Positions 46,301 to 59,373 of a stretch of 64,000 nt of DNA are shown piece after piece. Position 1 is the stretch's first letter. The number at the start of each line of letters is the position of its first letter. The DNA lies in the NCBI GenBank assembly GCA_965153455.1, contig OZ234493.1, forward strand, positions 25,596,213 to 25,660,212. The letters are read 5' to 3'. Position numbers and translations under genes: made by a program. A model generated the notes under the pieces. The model worked only from the letters and a program-made list of their open reading frames with translations. It made no database searches and was not told the DNA's origin. Source of the DNA: Sphagnum compactum (taxonomy: Eukaryota).

Positions 46301-49224
46301 TCATTGTGTTTTTTGGCTTGAGCAGTGCATTGAAGAAGCCAGTAGGCATTTTGGAAGTGACGATTATTTCTGCAAAGAACTTGCTCAAGGCGGATCTGAC
46401 AGGAAAGGCTGATCCGTATGTGAAGTTGCGGCTTGTGAATACACTCATGTCAAAGAAGACCCAGACCAAAATGAACACTCTAAGCCCTGAATGGAACGAA
46501 ACTTTCAAGCTTCTTGTCCAGGATCCCAAGTCACAATCCCTTCAGCTTCATGTTTATGACTGGGACAGGGTAAGCCTGATTTTTGTACCTGTCAAATTAC
46601 TAGAAAATCTTTGGCATGTCTACTATGACTTAAATCACCAAGCCCGGTGAGGTGCTTGCAACTGTACTTCATGTACAGGAGAAGGGTCTACCTTTAGACC
46701 CTTCTGCGATTTGAGGTGCCTGTCACGAGTGCAGGCTGCTGAAAATTGCTTAAGGGTCTAAAGATAAGACCTTTCCCTGCATAAAGAACCTTCATTTAAT
46801 TTTTATTTTTTTTGTGTTGACTCACTTTAAATATGAAAGAAAGAGTGATGAAGATAGTAATAGAAAAGAGGTACGTTCCATAATAGGTACTCTGACAGGC
46901 TGGTGTGGGATCTTGCATGAAGCAGAAGGCCCCGTGCCAGATTTCACTCCAAAATAATATGCTACAAAAAGTTCTACAGTTTGTTATGTGCGCTGATGGG
47001 AATTAGACACTTCTTTGCATCATGTGTGTTTCTGTACTTCATGTGAGTTGATGCGGATTTAGATAACAAGGATTTTGTGCAGGTGGGAACACATCAAAGA
47101 ATGGGAATACAGATTGTACCATTACAAGACTTGGTGGAGCTTGAGCCCAAGAGATTGGATTTGAACTTGTTGAAGAATGATGACCCAAATGATGAGCGAA
47201 ATAAGAAATCTCGTGGTGTGCTTACAGTGGAATTGCTGTACAAGTCCTTCAAAGAGGTAAATTTGATGCAGTGTTTGGTGGTTATTAGAAATACAAACAC
47301 ACCCCCAAAGGCTATCAGGGCGGATCTTAAGATACAAAACTACAGTTCTCAAAAAAATCAAAGAACCAGTTCTTTTATGTATCACCACTGTCCTCAACCA
47401 TTGGTTCTTTACTGGTTCTTTAATGGTTTTGAAAATAACTGGGATCTGCACTTTTCTATTCTGATTTTCCCCGCAAAGAACCGAAACTGGCAGTTCTCTG
47501 ATTGTGAAATATTTAAAAATCCTGAACCAGCAGTTCTGTATAAGTTCAAAAAATGGCATTGCGCTGACAAATGCAGTGCGTTTGCAGCAGTGCTGAAGTT
47601 TAATTGAGCTAGAATCCTACTGTTCAGTGCAACTCATGCGTTTGTTGCAAATGTTGTAACTTGGTTGAATGCACTCTTTCAACGAGTTGAGTCTATGTGT
47701 TTTCATGCTGTCAAAAAGTTAACTGTTGTGCAAGCAGGATGAGCAAGAAGTAGGAGATGATGCACACAATGAAGTGGAACGGGCCCCAGATGGTACACCT
47801 GAGGGTGGAGGCCTGTTGGAGGTCATAATACATGCAGCAGAAGATGTGGAGGGGAAGTATCACACAAACCCATATGCAAAAGTGGTGTTCCGGGGAGAAG
47901 AAAGAAAAACCCAGGTGCGTGGAGTATAATAGTTTAGGGTTTAGTTTATGATGCCCAGATTTTGGGCTGATTACTATATACATATATCTGCACCCATTGT
48001 CAGGAGCTGGTAATGAAGACGTCAGTGGGGGATAGTAATCATGGTGACTCATCACTGCTAGTTGTGATGAAGAAGAAGGTGACGGTCTGACACTTTGTGA
48101 GCAACTCTCACTCATAAGGTTATGACTGCACGCAATTGTCATGTTATCTTTAAATTGGTTGTTGTGGAGATTTCTCTGCAATCTCAATAGATATATTTGT
48201 GGAGTTTTGTACCTGTCACTGTTGTTTGGAATGAAAAAATTCTCAAGAGGGCAAGTTGGAAAAAAATAAAATAGATTCACTTAGCCTAACCCTGCCAAAT
48301 TTCTTGAAATTGAACTCTGAAGCTGCTGCTGAGCATGGAAAGCAGTTGAAAATTGAACTTGGAACCACTGGGTTACTAATATATGTTCAAAACACATGTG
48401 GAATCTTGTAAACGTAAAACTGTTGAAGTTCTGAAATATTTAAATTGGGGCTGTTTTACCCATTTGCTTGAAATGATTAGATATTTCAGCAAAAATCTGC
48501 TGATTGTCGGTGGCAGGTACAGTACATTGGATTGTGACAATCATCCTACTAGATTGAAAGGATTAAATTGCTGCACCCATACATGCCAGCAGAACACCCA
48601 TCTGAAAGCTTGATGTGGGTATGATCTAAAAGCTTGGCACCCATCTGATGTGCTGCTTGCTTGATGTGGGTGGCTGGGTGGATGGATGGGTGCCAGGTTA
48701 TCAAGAGGAACAGGGATCCACGGTGGGATCACACATTTCAGTGGCAGCTAGAGGAGCCCCCTGTGGAGGATCAATTACATGTTGAAGTTATGAGCAGGAA
48801 CACAGGCCTGCATATGCACTTCAAGGTACCGTATCTCTTCTCTACCTCATTGGATTCAAATTCCCTTCTCTTTTTCCTTTTTATGTACTAGGGACTTGGG
48901 AGCAGGCAGGGTTTGGCTGATTCTGGCTCCTAGTAAGCTTGTAGCGGAGCCTGGCTGGGTGTAGGATTGGGAGGGTTTTTTATGCCTACTCCTTAAGAGT
49001 GGGAGCGTCATCTACTCGTCTTACACCTACTTTCTAAAGCAGTGACCCTCTAGAGTCTCTTATTTCAGATGGGTTGTTTGTTGTTGGTGCAGACTGAGTC
49101 TCTGGGATATGTGGATATTAGCTTGTCTGATGTTGTGAACAACAAGCGGATCAATGAGAAGTACTCCTTGATTGACTCCAAACACGGGCAGATTCAAGTT
49201 GAGTTGCTTTGGAGGACCACTTGA
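43368..49224 (+). CDS. SYT: Plant synaptotagmin (SYT1/2/3-like; TM-SMP-C2A-C2B ER-plasma-membrane tether), 13 coding exons
   Basis: Exons 43368-43478, 43662-43760, 44011-44061, 44339-44462, 44653-44771, 45051-45152, 45373-45447, 45868-45944, 46326-46569, 47083-47256, 47738-47914, 48697-48825 and 49093-49224. Motifs: MGIVSTMLGVVGFGWGLSLGLVVGYF (TM), PLWVKNPDYDRVDWVNKFL (SMP), KKPVGILEV...GKADPYVKL (C2A), GGGLLEVIIHAAEDVEGKYHTNPY (C2B), ending IQVELLWRTT*. Confidence 0.96.
46084..46203. mobile_element. Small intronic hAT-type MITE in synaptotagmin intron 8
   Basis: GTTCAAAC|CAGTGTTG...CAACACTG|GTTTAAAC gives a perfect 8-bp TIR and an 8-bp TSD with one mismatch. Confidence 0.7.
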
Positions 49225-50749
49225 AAAGGTACTTGGCTGGAGGGCTGCAAATGTTCATGTATGTTTGTATCTGCGGGTACCATAATAGGCAACATGTATA
49301 TGCAATTTTCCTATTTTTCTAAAAGTATTTGCTTATAAGAGCAAAACCTCATTCAATATTTTGGCCTGTATACTAATTTTTTATTTACCTGTTTAGTTAT
49401 TTATTTACTCCCCTATTCCAACCCATTTGGCCTAATTAACTCTTATTAATCATCAACCATCAATTTCTAAGTAGTCAATAGGTGGATAACAAAACATGTA
49501 TTGTGAAAGTGTAGGATCCCATAATGAACACAAGGGTGGGAAATATAGAAATGGATCCTGAGTGGGTGTGAGCTTTCGATGAGCATCAATTATTGTGTGA
49601 TGACAATGAACAAAGGTGGCTTGTAAATGTGCATCATTGAGAGGTGGAGAGGCTATTGGGTTCCAACTTGCCAATGGGAGTTTTGGTTTATGGGAGAATG
49701 TTTGATGAATAGATCATCATCATTGTGACATTTGGCAAATAATGAGCAACATCTAGTTGATCACATAACCTTTGTTATGAAAAGGTCTTCTACATTGGAA
49801 AATCTCATATTGTAGGCATCAATACAACTTCTCATTTGCTCCAAAAAATATGTATGGTATGCATTAGTGGCACCCCATATATTACCTTATGTGGTTTTGT
49901 GAAATGAAGTTTTAAAGTCATATGCAAAGAGAAATAGAGCTGAAAGGAACATTTAAAATAAAATCTAAACTAAAGAAAAAAACAAGAAATGAAATGTTAC
50001 ATGAAAATATTCAAACTTGAGACCTTAACCTTGAAGACCTTAAGCTTTTATTGTGGACCCATTTTACCTCTATTCTAAGCCTTAGTTACAATTATGCTCC
50101 AATCTACTCGTTCATAAATGTGATTACAAAACAAATTGTTGGATTTTAAAGTTTACACATTAGAAATCTTTGGTGGAAATTTCAACCAAAATCATGCAAG
50201 AGAGGATGAAATCGCAAAGACATATTGAGTTCATATAGGACTAAACATACGTTATTGGAGGTTGGATTCAAAGATCCAACAACCAAAAAAAAAATTTGAC
50301 ACTTTGAAATGAAATCAATGCATGCATCCTAACATGATGTTCACAATGACCAAGTTAGAGGTTCATAGAAACATTCAAGCCAAAATGTGTTTCTCCAAGT
50401 AAAAATGAAGCTTTGTAATTTCTAAAATGTTAACATAATGAACTTTGAAAACAAATAGCACCTTCAAAATGAACCCAAGTTGATCCAAATGTTAAAACTC
50501 CTAGGTCATTTCACAGATTAGATTTTAAAGTTAGGTTCAAACTACCGCATGTCATCCCCACCACCTTCATTGGTGCATTTTTAAATTTGAGTAGTTATGT
50601 TAAGTAGTTTGAAAGATTAGGGCATGTTTTTGACGATTCCTTTCTGGTGATTGGGAGGAGTTTCAAGTAGAATATCTTTTACAAACACAAGCAACAACTT
50701 TGTCCTCAATTATGGGCACATATTTAGTTTTGATCAATTTTGATTATGT

Positions 50750-53350
50750 TTTTATAACACCCCCCCCCCCCCTCCCCTGCCACATGAATTGGGACAGAGT
50801 TTAGCCTTGGCACGCATTGGAGAAATTGCGCATGCTGTCAGGGTTCTTGCCCCTTTTGCTACAGCTTTGGCATCTTCAAGGACGGTTAGCGCAATGCTAA
50901 TATTCACCCACATGACATAAACCCCCCCCCCCCCCGCTTGGATTCCTTGTTGGACTTTCATCCAGATTCTAAACTTAAACTTTTTGTGGATTTTTTATAG
51001 GTCGACATTTTTCGCATGTTTCATTTATCGTTTGGTGGTCCATTTAATGTGGTCTTTGAACATCTTCAAAATTCTTTTGAATTTGAAGATTCAATGAATG
51101 GTTTCATTCAGCTTCACTAATTGTGTTCCCATGTGGCCGCAAACCGTATCCATGGCTCCATGGCTTGGGTTATTTGTGCTAGTTGGCTTTTGGCTCTAAC
51201 CAAGTCCTCTAATGGCATCTATTCAATTGCAGTGGGAAAACGTTCTATCGGTTGGTGAATAAGGCTTTATGCCTATAATTTCATGATGCATTTGCTTTTC
51301 ATTGATCATCATATTAATTTAAGGTGGTGGATAGAGGAGGTTGTGAAGCTATGGTCTATGGTATTCAAACCACTTTGGATGTCAATCTTGATTGGGGGGT
51401 GCTTTAAATAGACATTACAAATTCTTTCAACACCATCTCATGTAAGGTCATCTTCCAAGAGCTTTAGGCAATAAGAGGCCAATTGTCCCATCTTTTCCTT
51501 TTTGTTTGTTTTTCGTATGGCCTTCAAGTTTTTTTGTTCATTTTTTTTTATGGCCTTCAGGTTCCTTTATTTTTCAATCATCATTTTTCATCGAGGGTTT
51601 TGTCTATCATTATTTCTTTTGTGGGCACATGCCAGGGCGAATTGCTTGCAATGTCTTTTTTTGCGTTCGTTCATTTTGGTGCTTTACGTTGTTCTTTGGG
51701 GGTTTTCCCTTCATGTTTTTTCCTTTCCTTAGGCAATAACACCCGAATCTTCAATCCTACCCATGTCGTTTTCTTTGCCTTTGATCATTTTGCTTCCCAC
51801 TTGGCTTCTGTGGGGTTTTTCATTCAACCCCGCAAGCTCTTGCCTTGGGTTTCGTCTAACTTACCTCTTAGGTTTGTCCCCCTCCCATGTTAATTTTTTT
51901 TGCCCTCTTATAGAATCAAGATCCTCGGTGTCCCCTTTGATTCTACCTCCTTCGCCTTTTATTTTTTACAAGAGGTTTTAAACAAGAATGTTCGGCATGT
52001 AGATGTGCTTTTGAAATTAAAAGATATCCAAATGACTTTTGGTACCCTCTCTTGATGTTTTGCCCGGAAGCCTTCCTTTTTATTTCATGATTTCCCCCCC
52101 TTCTAGGTTTTTACAGTTTTTTCAATATTTTTTATTCAACCCTAATGGGAATTTTTGAGAGAATTTTGGGTCCGAGCTCATTAGAGTGCATTAAGGCCTT
52201 TCTATTTCGTTAGCATGTGGATCTCCCCATTTTCAATGGGTACATAAGGTTGATTTCCTTCGAGGTCATTGCTTTAGTTACTTGTATGGGGAGTTGGGCC
52301 TTAGTTGCCCTTGTCATACTTTCCAAGTTTGGATTTTTTCCTTTTCTTGTTGGAGGCAATAGGTGTGAACAACTTCAGGCCACTCCCTTTCCAAGTGCAT
52401 TTGAAATTAATGCGAAAGCTTCTTCCCCTAGGAGTTGCAACATGTGTGCCCCCCTTTGACCAATTGGTTAAGAGAGGTGTATGTCACCTTCAAGAAAATA
52501 TTTTAAAAAATTTGCACAACCCTTCCTTTATATCATCATTTTAAATTTACCTTATGATTCACATTAGGTGCATTTGAAAATGTGTGCGGGGCTGATTAAG
52601 GGTGCTTGGTTGTCAGCCTACCCAATCATCCTTTTTTTTCACCTAACTTTAAATGTTTTCTCCATCACATTGCGCATTAGGTTGGGTGTTTCCCATCCTT
52701 TAATCCTTGGGATGTCATGTTGCATTTATAGTTAGCCTTTAAATCCTATAGGGATCCACATTCTTCATTGCGCTCATGGTGGGGAGAGGACGACCTCGCA
52801 TGATGTGTGAAATGTTTTTGTGGCCATTGCAAAAGATGTGAAATTTCATGTCTCACAAAGGCAAACCCATGTCCTTCCACCCCTTGCCATGAATGCTTCA
52901 CATCATTGAATTGACATTGTGCTATCAGTTGATGATGTTGGCATGTTGGTAGATGTTGTCATCGTCGACCCCACTTGAGTTGATTTAGTTTAACAAGGTA
53001 CTCTTTCTTGCAGGGTTGTTGTGACAATTAGCTCAAACGAAAGATGGTCTCTATCATGATCAATTCTTGATGGACATGTTTCTCTTTCTAGTTGTAAAGG
53101 TTTTTGGATGTCTACACCAACAAATGGACAAGTTTTTTCATCAAAGTTTTTATGATGTGAGGAACAAAAGGTAGTGGAAGCCTTCTTCTTTCAATTTTGT
53201 GTGCATTTTATAAGCAAAAAGTGTTAATGGCATTATAGCATGCATAAACAGTTTCTATTTTGAAATGTGTTGTTACAGTAGTAGGTGAGAGGGTTCATCT
53301 AGGCTAGACATCCTTTCATAAGGTTCTCCCCTTTCCTTATTTGATATTTT
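50750..53350 (+). mobile_element. Decayed non-LTR retrotransposon of CRE/R2-like type (RT + CCHC + restriction-like endonuclease)
   Basis: Broken motifs: LLALTKSSNGIYSIAVG (cf. LxxLxKxxGGxRPIAVG, ~51187), GGCEAMVYGIQTTLDVNLDWGVL*IDITNSFNTIS (~51335-51440), GTCQG (cf. GxxQGDP, ~51623), GIHILHCAHGGERTTSHD (CCHC-end, ~52751) and IDIVLSVDDVGMLVDVVIVDP (RLE PD..D-type, ~52910). Confidence 0.8.
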
Positions 53351-55848
53351 TTTACGAAAGGAGGGGGTTCAAGAACTTCATGTTCCCCTTGTGGTTTGCC
53401 CTCTTAGGTGATTCATTTGTTTTTTCTTAGACATGGGTCCTTCCATTTTGTTCTTTGTTTTTCCTTTTTTTGGGGGTTTTTTTGGTTCATTTATCGTTGG
53501 CAAGGTTTCATAACGTTTGAAGCTCAATGCATGCACTTAATTGATCAAAACATTACTTGAATCCATGTGGCAATTGCTTGGGGTGTACCATATGAATTTT
53601 TTTTGACAACTTCACATAACCAAAAAAATAATATGAAAACATTTGGATTTATATTATTCATATTGATTTGAAATTCGAAAAACAATCATCTTTTTACTTA
53701 TGTACTATTGTGAGATTAATTGTCATGACAATTGATCCAAGATAGTACTCACAATTTTCCTCTTCTTATCCCCTCCCTTTTTTTATTCCTTTTCCTTTCC
53801 ATAAATGAAGATTTGTTCCATAAATTTGTTTTATTGTGAACCATAAAGTTGTACCATGACTTTCAAAACTAAGTGCTTCATGTCTTGGCTTTTACCTTGT
53901 ACTTCACATGAATTAAAATTCAAAAAAAAAGTTTAGAAAACATTTCTTTCCTAAGCTTCAAGCTTTGAATTATTATTTTAATAAAATAGTCTCGGCTAAA
54001 AGTTATGAGAAAAGTGATCTTAATCATGGAGGACACAATTGGGAATGTGGTTTGCAACTACTATTGTTGTATCTTGGCCATTTCGACACATGTCTGTTGA
54101 ATAATTAGTTAATTTTGAAAATTCATTTCAAAAAGTGGAATATTTCTAAGTATTAACTATTATCCTTCACAATATTTTTTGATTTGAAAGAAATAATTTT
54201 TGAAAATTTCAACATTTTTGAAAATAATATAATTAATGTCGAATTGGCCAAGGTACTAAGGTATCACATAAGAAGATAGTGGTAAAAACAAAGAGTTTGA
54301 GGTGAGTATATAGCATACCTCACATTGAGGTTCAATGTTAAATAAATCCCTTGAGAGGGAAAACTTGGAAAAAAAGGAAACTCACATGAAATAAAGGGGT
54401 ATTTTTAATATGTTATGATATAATTTAGCATTTTTAAAAAATATTTCAAAATTATGTTTAAGTACCCTATTTATATTGAAACGAATTAGAAAATCTGCTT
54501 AGAAACTTTAGTTGGATTTTATTTATTCTTTCAGATGCCATTTGTAATAAAATGGAAGTGACTTTCCCTAGTATAGACACAATTTTCTTGGAATGTTTGT
54601 TGCTTTCCCAATGCTAGGACTTTTTTTTTTAATACAAAGTACCTCAACATCTTAGCATATATATTTTCACATTTTTATAGCACCCCTTTGGTTGGATGAA
54701 AAACACATCCAATTTTTTTGCAAATGTGCCCTATTATGAGCAATCATAATTTGAGGATGATCATTAATCATTTAATCCCAAATAGAACATGAAACTTTCG
54801 AATGTGATATAATAATAACCTAATAATTATCAATTTACTTGGTTTTTTCTTTATAATAATCACCAATTATGCATAAGGGTCAATTAAAAAAAAAACCCAT
54901 CTTGAGAGCTATCAATTATGTTACCTTGGTAAATTAGTTTATTATTATTTTTATAAAAAAATCATCAAAAGCATTTTTAAAAGGTTTTAGGATTGATAAC
55001 TATGTAAGATGTAATCCCAACCATCCAAGTAAATTATGAAAATTTGAATTAATAATCAACTAGTAGGTTAGGGCTATACAGAAGGAGCATGCTTTGTTAT
55101 CTCAATATATCCATATTGATACCCCTGATATACCCGTGACAAACCTTCCCAACTCCAGTCAGCATAGAGCCCTTGGGGGAGAGGCGGGGGGGGAGAGAGA
55201 TTCCCGGTAAACAGCCTTTTTTTTTGTGCTGGCTAAATATAGCCAAAAAGCTATATTCAAAACTAGAAGTGCTAAAATATTAAAAAATTGGTGGGAGATT
55301 TTCAATAGCCAGAATCCAATTAAGTTTTTTTTATGAAATCGTCATCTTTCTATATATGGTTAAATTATTTAACCTAAAATGTAGAAGGAGCTTTTTCCAA
55401 AAATTAGTTTCATATTTAGCTTGTAGCCAAATTTGACCGAATCCTCCTGTGGATCATCGCCATTTTGGCTACATCACAAAAGAAACACAGTGTTGGTAAA
55501 CAACCCTTTTCCCCACACAAATTAAAAAACTAAAAAAAAAAATCAACCCCCGGGTACCTAGACAGCTGCCGGTCGTAAAGCGCCACCTGGGGCCACTCCA
55601 CGGAGGACTTTCTAGTCAATTGCTGACCGGACGACGCGAATATGCCACCTGGACGTGACAGGTGGAGGTGGAAAGCTCACCCAAAATAGCTTTTACTTGT
55701 GAATAACTTGATTCTCCCACGTGTCTCTGTCCAGGTGGCCCTATAAAAAATCAGGAAAAGGTACCCAGTCGAAAAAGAAAAGGTAAGTAGGTACTAGGTA
55801 CTGGCGGGTTGTGCCCTCCTGCCCACTTCCTACCTTCCCCCACCCCAG

Positions 55849-56535
55849 AGGTTCCCCTATGTTCCCTTTGTTCCCGGATGCTTCTCGAGTTTTGGTTCCC
55901 CTTCTTGTCGAGCAATTCTCCTCGTTCCCTTAAGATTCTCATTGAGTTGTTCCCTTTGTTCCCTTAGGCTCCTCGTCGACTGGTCCTGCTTGTTCCTCCT
56001 TGTTCCCTCAGTCTCCTCGTGGAGTAGTTCCCCCCTTGTCCCTTGTTCCCAGAGGGTTTCCTTGGAGGAGTTCCCCTTGTTCCGTTAGGCTCCTCTCGAG
56101 TAATTCCCCCTTGTTCCTTGTTCCTTGAGGATTTTCGTGCAGTAGTTCCCCTTGTTCCCTTAGGCCCCTCGTGAGTAGTTCCCCCTTTGCTCCTTGTTCC
56201 CTGAGGATTTTCGTGGAGTAGTTCCCCTTGTTCGCTTCGTTCCCTGAGGATTCTTTTTGAGTCGTTCCCCTTGTTCCCTTAGGCTTCTCGCTGAGTAGTT
56301 CCACTTGTTCCCTTTGTTAACTGTGAATTCCCATCGAGCTGTTCCCCTTGTTCCCTGAGGATGTTCGTCCAGTCGTTCCCCTTGTTCCCTGAGGGTTCTC
56401 GTCCATTCGCTTCCCTTGTTCCCATTGTTCCCTGAGGGTTCTCGTCGATTCGTTCGACTTGTTCCCTTTGTTCCTCGGGGCTTATAGTTCAGTAGTTCCC
56501 CTTGTTCCCTTTGTTCCTTGAGGCTTCTAGAGTGT
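55849..56535. repeat. Minisatellite of ~18 units (mostly ~33-43 bp) in the HSP70 promoter
   Basis: Consensus GTTCCCCTTGTTCC(C-TTGTTCC)CT(G/T)AGGNTTCTCGTNGAGTA, read directly from the sequence. Confidence 0.92.
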
Positions 56536-56603
56536 TCGACAGCTTTCCAGAGCGTCCAAGAGCGTTCTGGAGCGTTCTGGAGCGTTCTGGAGCGTTCTGG
56601 AGC
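56525..56603 (+). promoter_or_regulatory. Heat-shock element cluster, with a TATA-like TATAAGA at ~56686
   Basis: TTCtaGAGtgTTC, TTCcaGAG and (AGCGTTCTGG)x4 give alternating TTC/GAG trinucleotides at 5-bp phase (nTTCn-nGAGn, a variant of nTTCnnGAAn). They lie ~85-160 bp upstream of the TATA-like box and upstream of HSP70. Confidence 0.8.
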
Positions 56604-56994
56604 CGTCGACGTCTGTGGAGTAGACGCGGAGAAGAAGGAAGAGGAAGAAGAATCTGGTTGTCGCCGGAAGCATCCGTATATGTAGTATAAGAGCCCACTA
56701 CGCTTGCCCTGCAATCTCATAATTTTGTTCTCGATTCTAAGATCCGAGTCTTGATCTGATAAATTTACTTCATTTGTTGTAGTGAGGAAATCTGCTGTAG
56801 TGAGGCTAAAGCCTTGCCGATTTGAGTTAGTTTCGAGTTTGATTTTGGCGTGAATTGAAGAAGAGGGAGATTTTTAATTTTGATTCGGAGAACTTGGATT
56901 CTTGCGGTTTTGGTGCGGTTCTTGGTAGTAGTAGTATAGGAATTGGGGAAAACTTGATAGTTCAGGTGCTGAATTGTCGAAGGTTATAACAGAC

Positions 56995-59373
56995 ATGGCA
57001 GGAGAAGGACCTGCTATCGGTATCGATCTCGGTACCACGTACAGTTGTGTGGGAGTGTGGCAACATGATCGTGTGGAGATCATTGCAAATGATCAGGGAA
57101 ACCGAACTACCCCTTCTTATGTTGCGTTCACGGATACTGAGCGTCTCATCGGTGATGCGGCCAAGAATCAAGTGGCGATGAATCCACAGAACACTGTCTT
57201 TGGTAAGCATTCCTGACATTACAATACATTAGTATCCATCAGATTCGACGCAACTAGCTAGTACTCGAGGTTGTTTGTGTTGTGTTGGTTTTCTGTAGCA
57301 GCTTGTAGTCCTTGTCTCAGTTGCGAGCTCTATCCTCTGCAGTATGGAAATGGTTCAGTTGTTTTCCTAGCCTCGAATTTCAGCGGATTGCCTGTTTCTG
57401 GTTATTCTGCAGGGGCGATTTGGATGGTCTGCATAGTAGTAGCTTGTGTATGTCGTGTCTTGTTATAGTGTCTGTGATCCAAGCAGTAGTCGAAGCATCC
57501 TGTTGTAAACGTATTATGACTACGCGAGGACGGATCTGAAGTCTCAGGCGCTTAACGCTTTGCTCCTCGTCTCGCCGAATATCTGACAGAAAAAACCGTC
57601 ATGTTTTTGTCTTACGCAGATGCAAAGCGTTTGATCGGAAGGCGATTCAGCGATCCGTCAGTACAGAGCGACATGAAGCTGTGGCCGTTCAAGGTCATCC
57701 CAGGACCTGCAGACAAGCCGGTGATAGTGGTGAATTTCAAGGGCGAGCAAAAGCAATTCGGTGCGGAAGAGATCTCCTCGATGGTATTGGTGAAGATGAA
57801 GGAAATTGCGGAGGCTTTCCTCGGGAAGACGGTGAAGAATGCAGTCGTCACTGTGCCCGCATACTTCAACGATTCTCAAAGACAGGCGACGAAGGACGCC
57901 GGTGTCATTTCTGGTCTCAATGTGCTGCGCATTATCAACGAACCGACTGCTGCAGCCATCGCTTACGGTCTAGACAAGAAAGCGTCTTCTACCGGAGAAA
58001 AAAACATCCTCATCTTCGACCTTGGAGGAGGTACCTTCGATGTGTCGCTTCTGACGATCGAGGAAGGTATCTTTGAGGTGAAGTCCACAGCAGGCGATAC
58101 GCATCTTGGCGGTGAGGATTTCGACAATCGTATGGTGAATCATTTCGTCCAAGAATTTAAGAGGAAGTACAAGAAAGACATCTCTGGAAATGCTCGAGCT
58201 CTTCGCCGACTCCGCACAGCGTGCGAGCGCGCGAAGAGGACTTTATCTTCCACCGCACAAACAACAATCGAGATCGATTCGTTGTACGAGGGTGTGGATT
58301 TCTACTCGACTATCACAAGAGCCAGATTTGAGGAGTTGAACATGGATCTGTTCAGGAAATGCATGGAACCGGTGGAGAAATGCTTGCGAGATGCGAAAAT
58401 GGACAAGGGCCAGGTACACGAAGTGGTGTTGGTAGGCGGCTCCACTCGTATTCCCAAAGTCCAAAGTCTGTTACAGGATTTCTTCAACGGGAAGGAGTTG
58501 TGCAAGAGTATCAATCCCGATGAAGCAGTTGCATACGGAGCTGCTGTACAAGCCGCCATTCTAACTGGCGAAGGCAATTCCAAAGTCCAGGATCTTTTGC
58601 TTCTGGACGTGACGCCTTTGAGTCTTGGTCTAGAAACTGCGGGTGGTGTTATGACGACATTGATCCCCAGAAATACCACCATTCCAACAAAGAAGGAGCA
58701 AGTGTTTTCGACCTACGCAGACAATCAACCTGGTGTGCTCATTCAAGTGTACGAGGGCGAGAGAGCTAGAACCCGAGACAACAATCTGCTCGGCAAGTTT
58801 GAGCTCTCTGGCATTCCACCGGCACCCAGAGGAGTACCACAGGTAAACGTGGTTTTCGACATCGATGCCAACGGTATCCTCAACGTGTCCGCTGAAGATA
58901 AGACAGCAGGCGTGAAGAATAGAATCACCATCACAAATGACAAGGGTAGGCTGAGCAAGGACGATATCGAGAAGATGGTGCAAGATGCAGAGAAGTACAA
59001 GGCGGAAGACGAGGAAGTGAAGAAGAAAGTGGATGCCAAAAATGGTCTAGAGAATTACGCTTACAACATGAAGAACACCATCAGGGACGACAAGATTGCT
59101 GGCCAACTGGACCCCAGCGACAAGCAGGCGATAGAACAGGCGGTGGAAAGTACGATCCAGTGGCTGGATCAAAACCAACTCGCTGAGGTCGAAGAATTCG
59201 AACACAAACAAAAGGAGTTGGAAGGCATTTGCAACCCCATCATCGCACGCATGTACCAAGGAGGTGGTGGTGGTGCAGGCGGTGCTGGCGACAGTGCTTA
59301 CGGTGGCGGATATGGTGCATCTGGAGATGCAGCTGATGATGGTCCAGGCCCCAAAATTGAAGAGGTGGACTAA
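56995..59373 (+). CDS. HSP70: Cytosolic heat shock protein 70 (HSP70/HSC70), 2 coding exons
   Basis: Exons 56995-57202 and 57620-59373. Motifs [24 protein letters not shown] and [14 protein letters not shown], with C-terminal GPKIEEVD. The single intron sits at the NTVF/DAKR position typical of plant cytosolic HSP70. Confidence 0.98.

Noticed and set aside
56008..56720. Minus-strand ORFs of 98 and 186 aa
   Set aside because: These are by-products of the stop-poor minisatellite and HSE repeats.
57612..59259. Multiple antisense and alternative-frame ORFs over HSP70
   Set aside because: These are shadow ORFs from HSP70 codon bias, with no independent gene signals.
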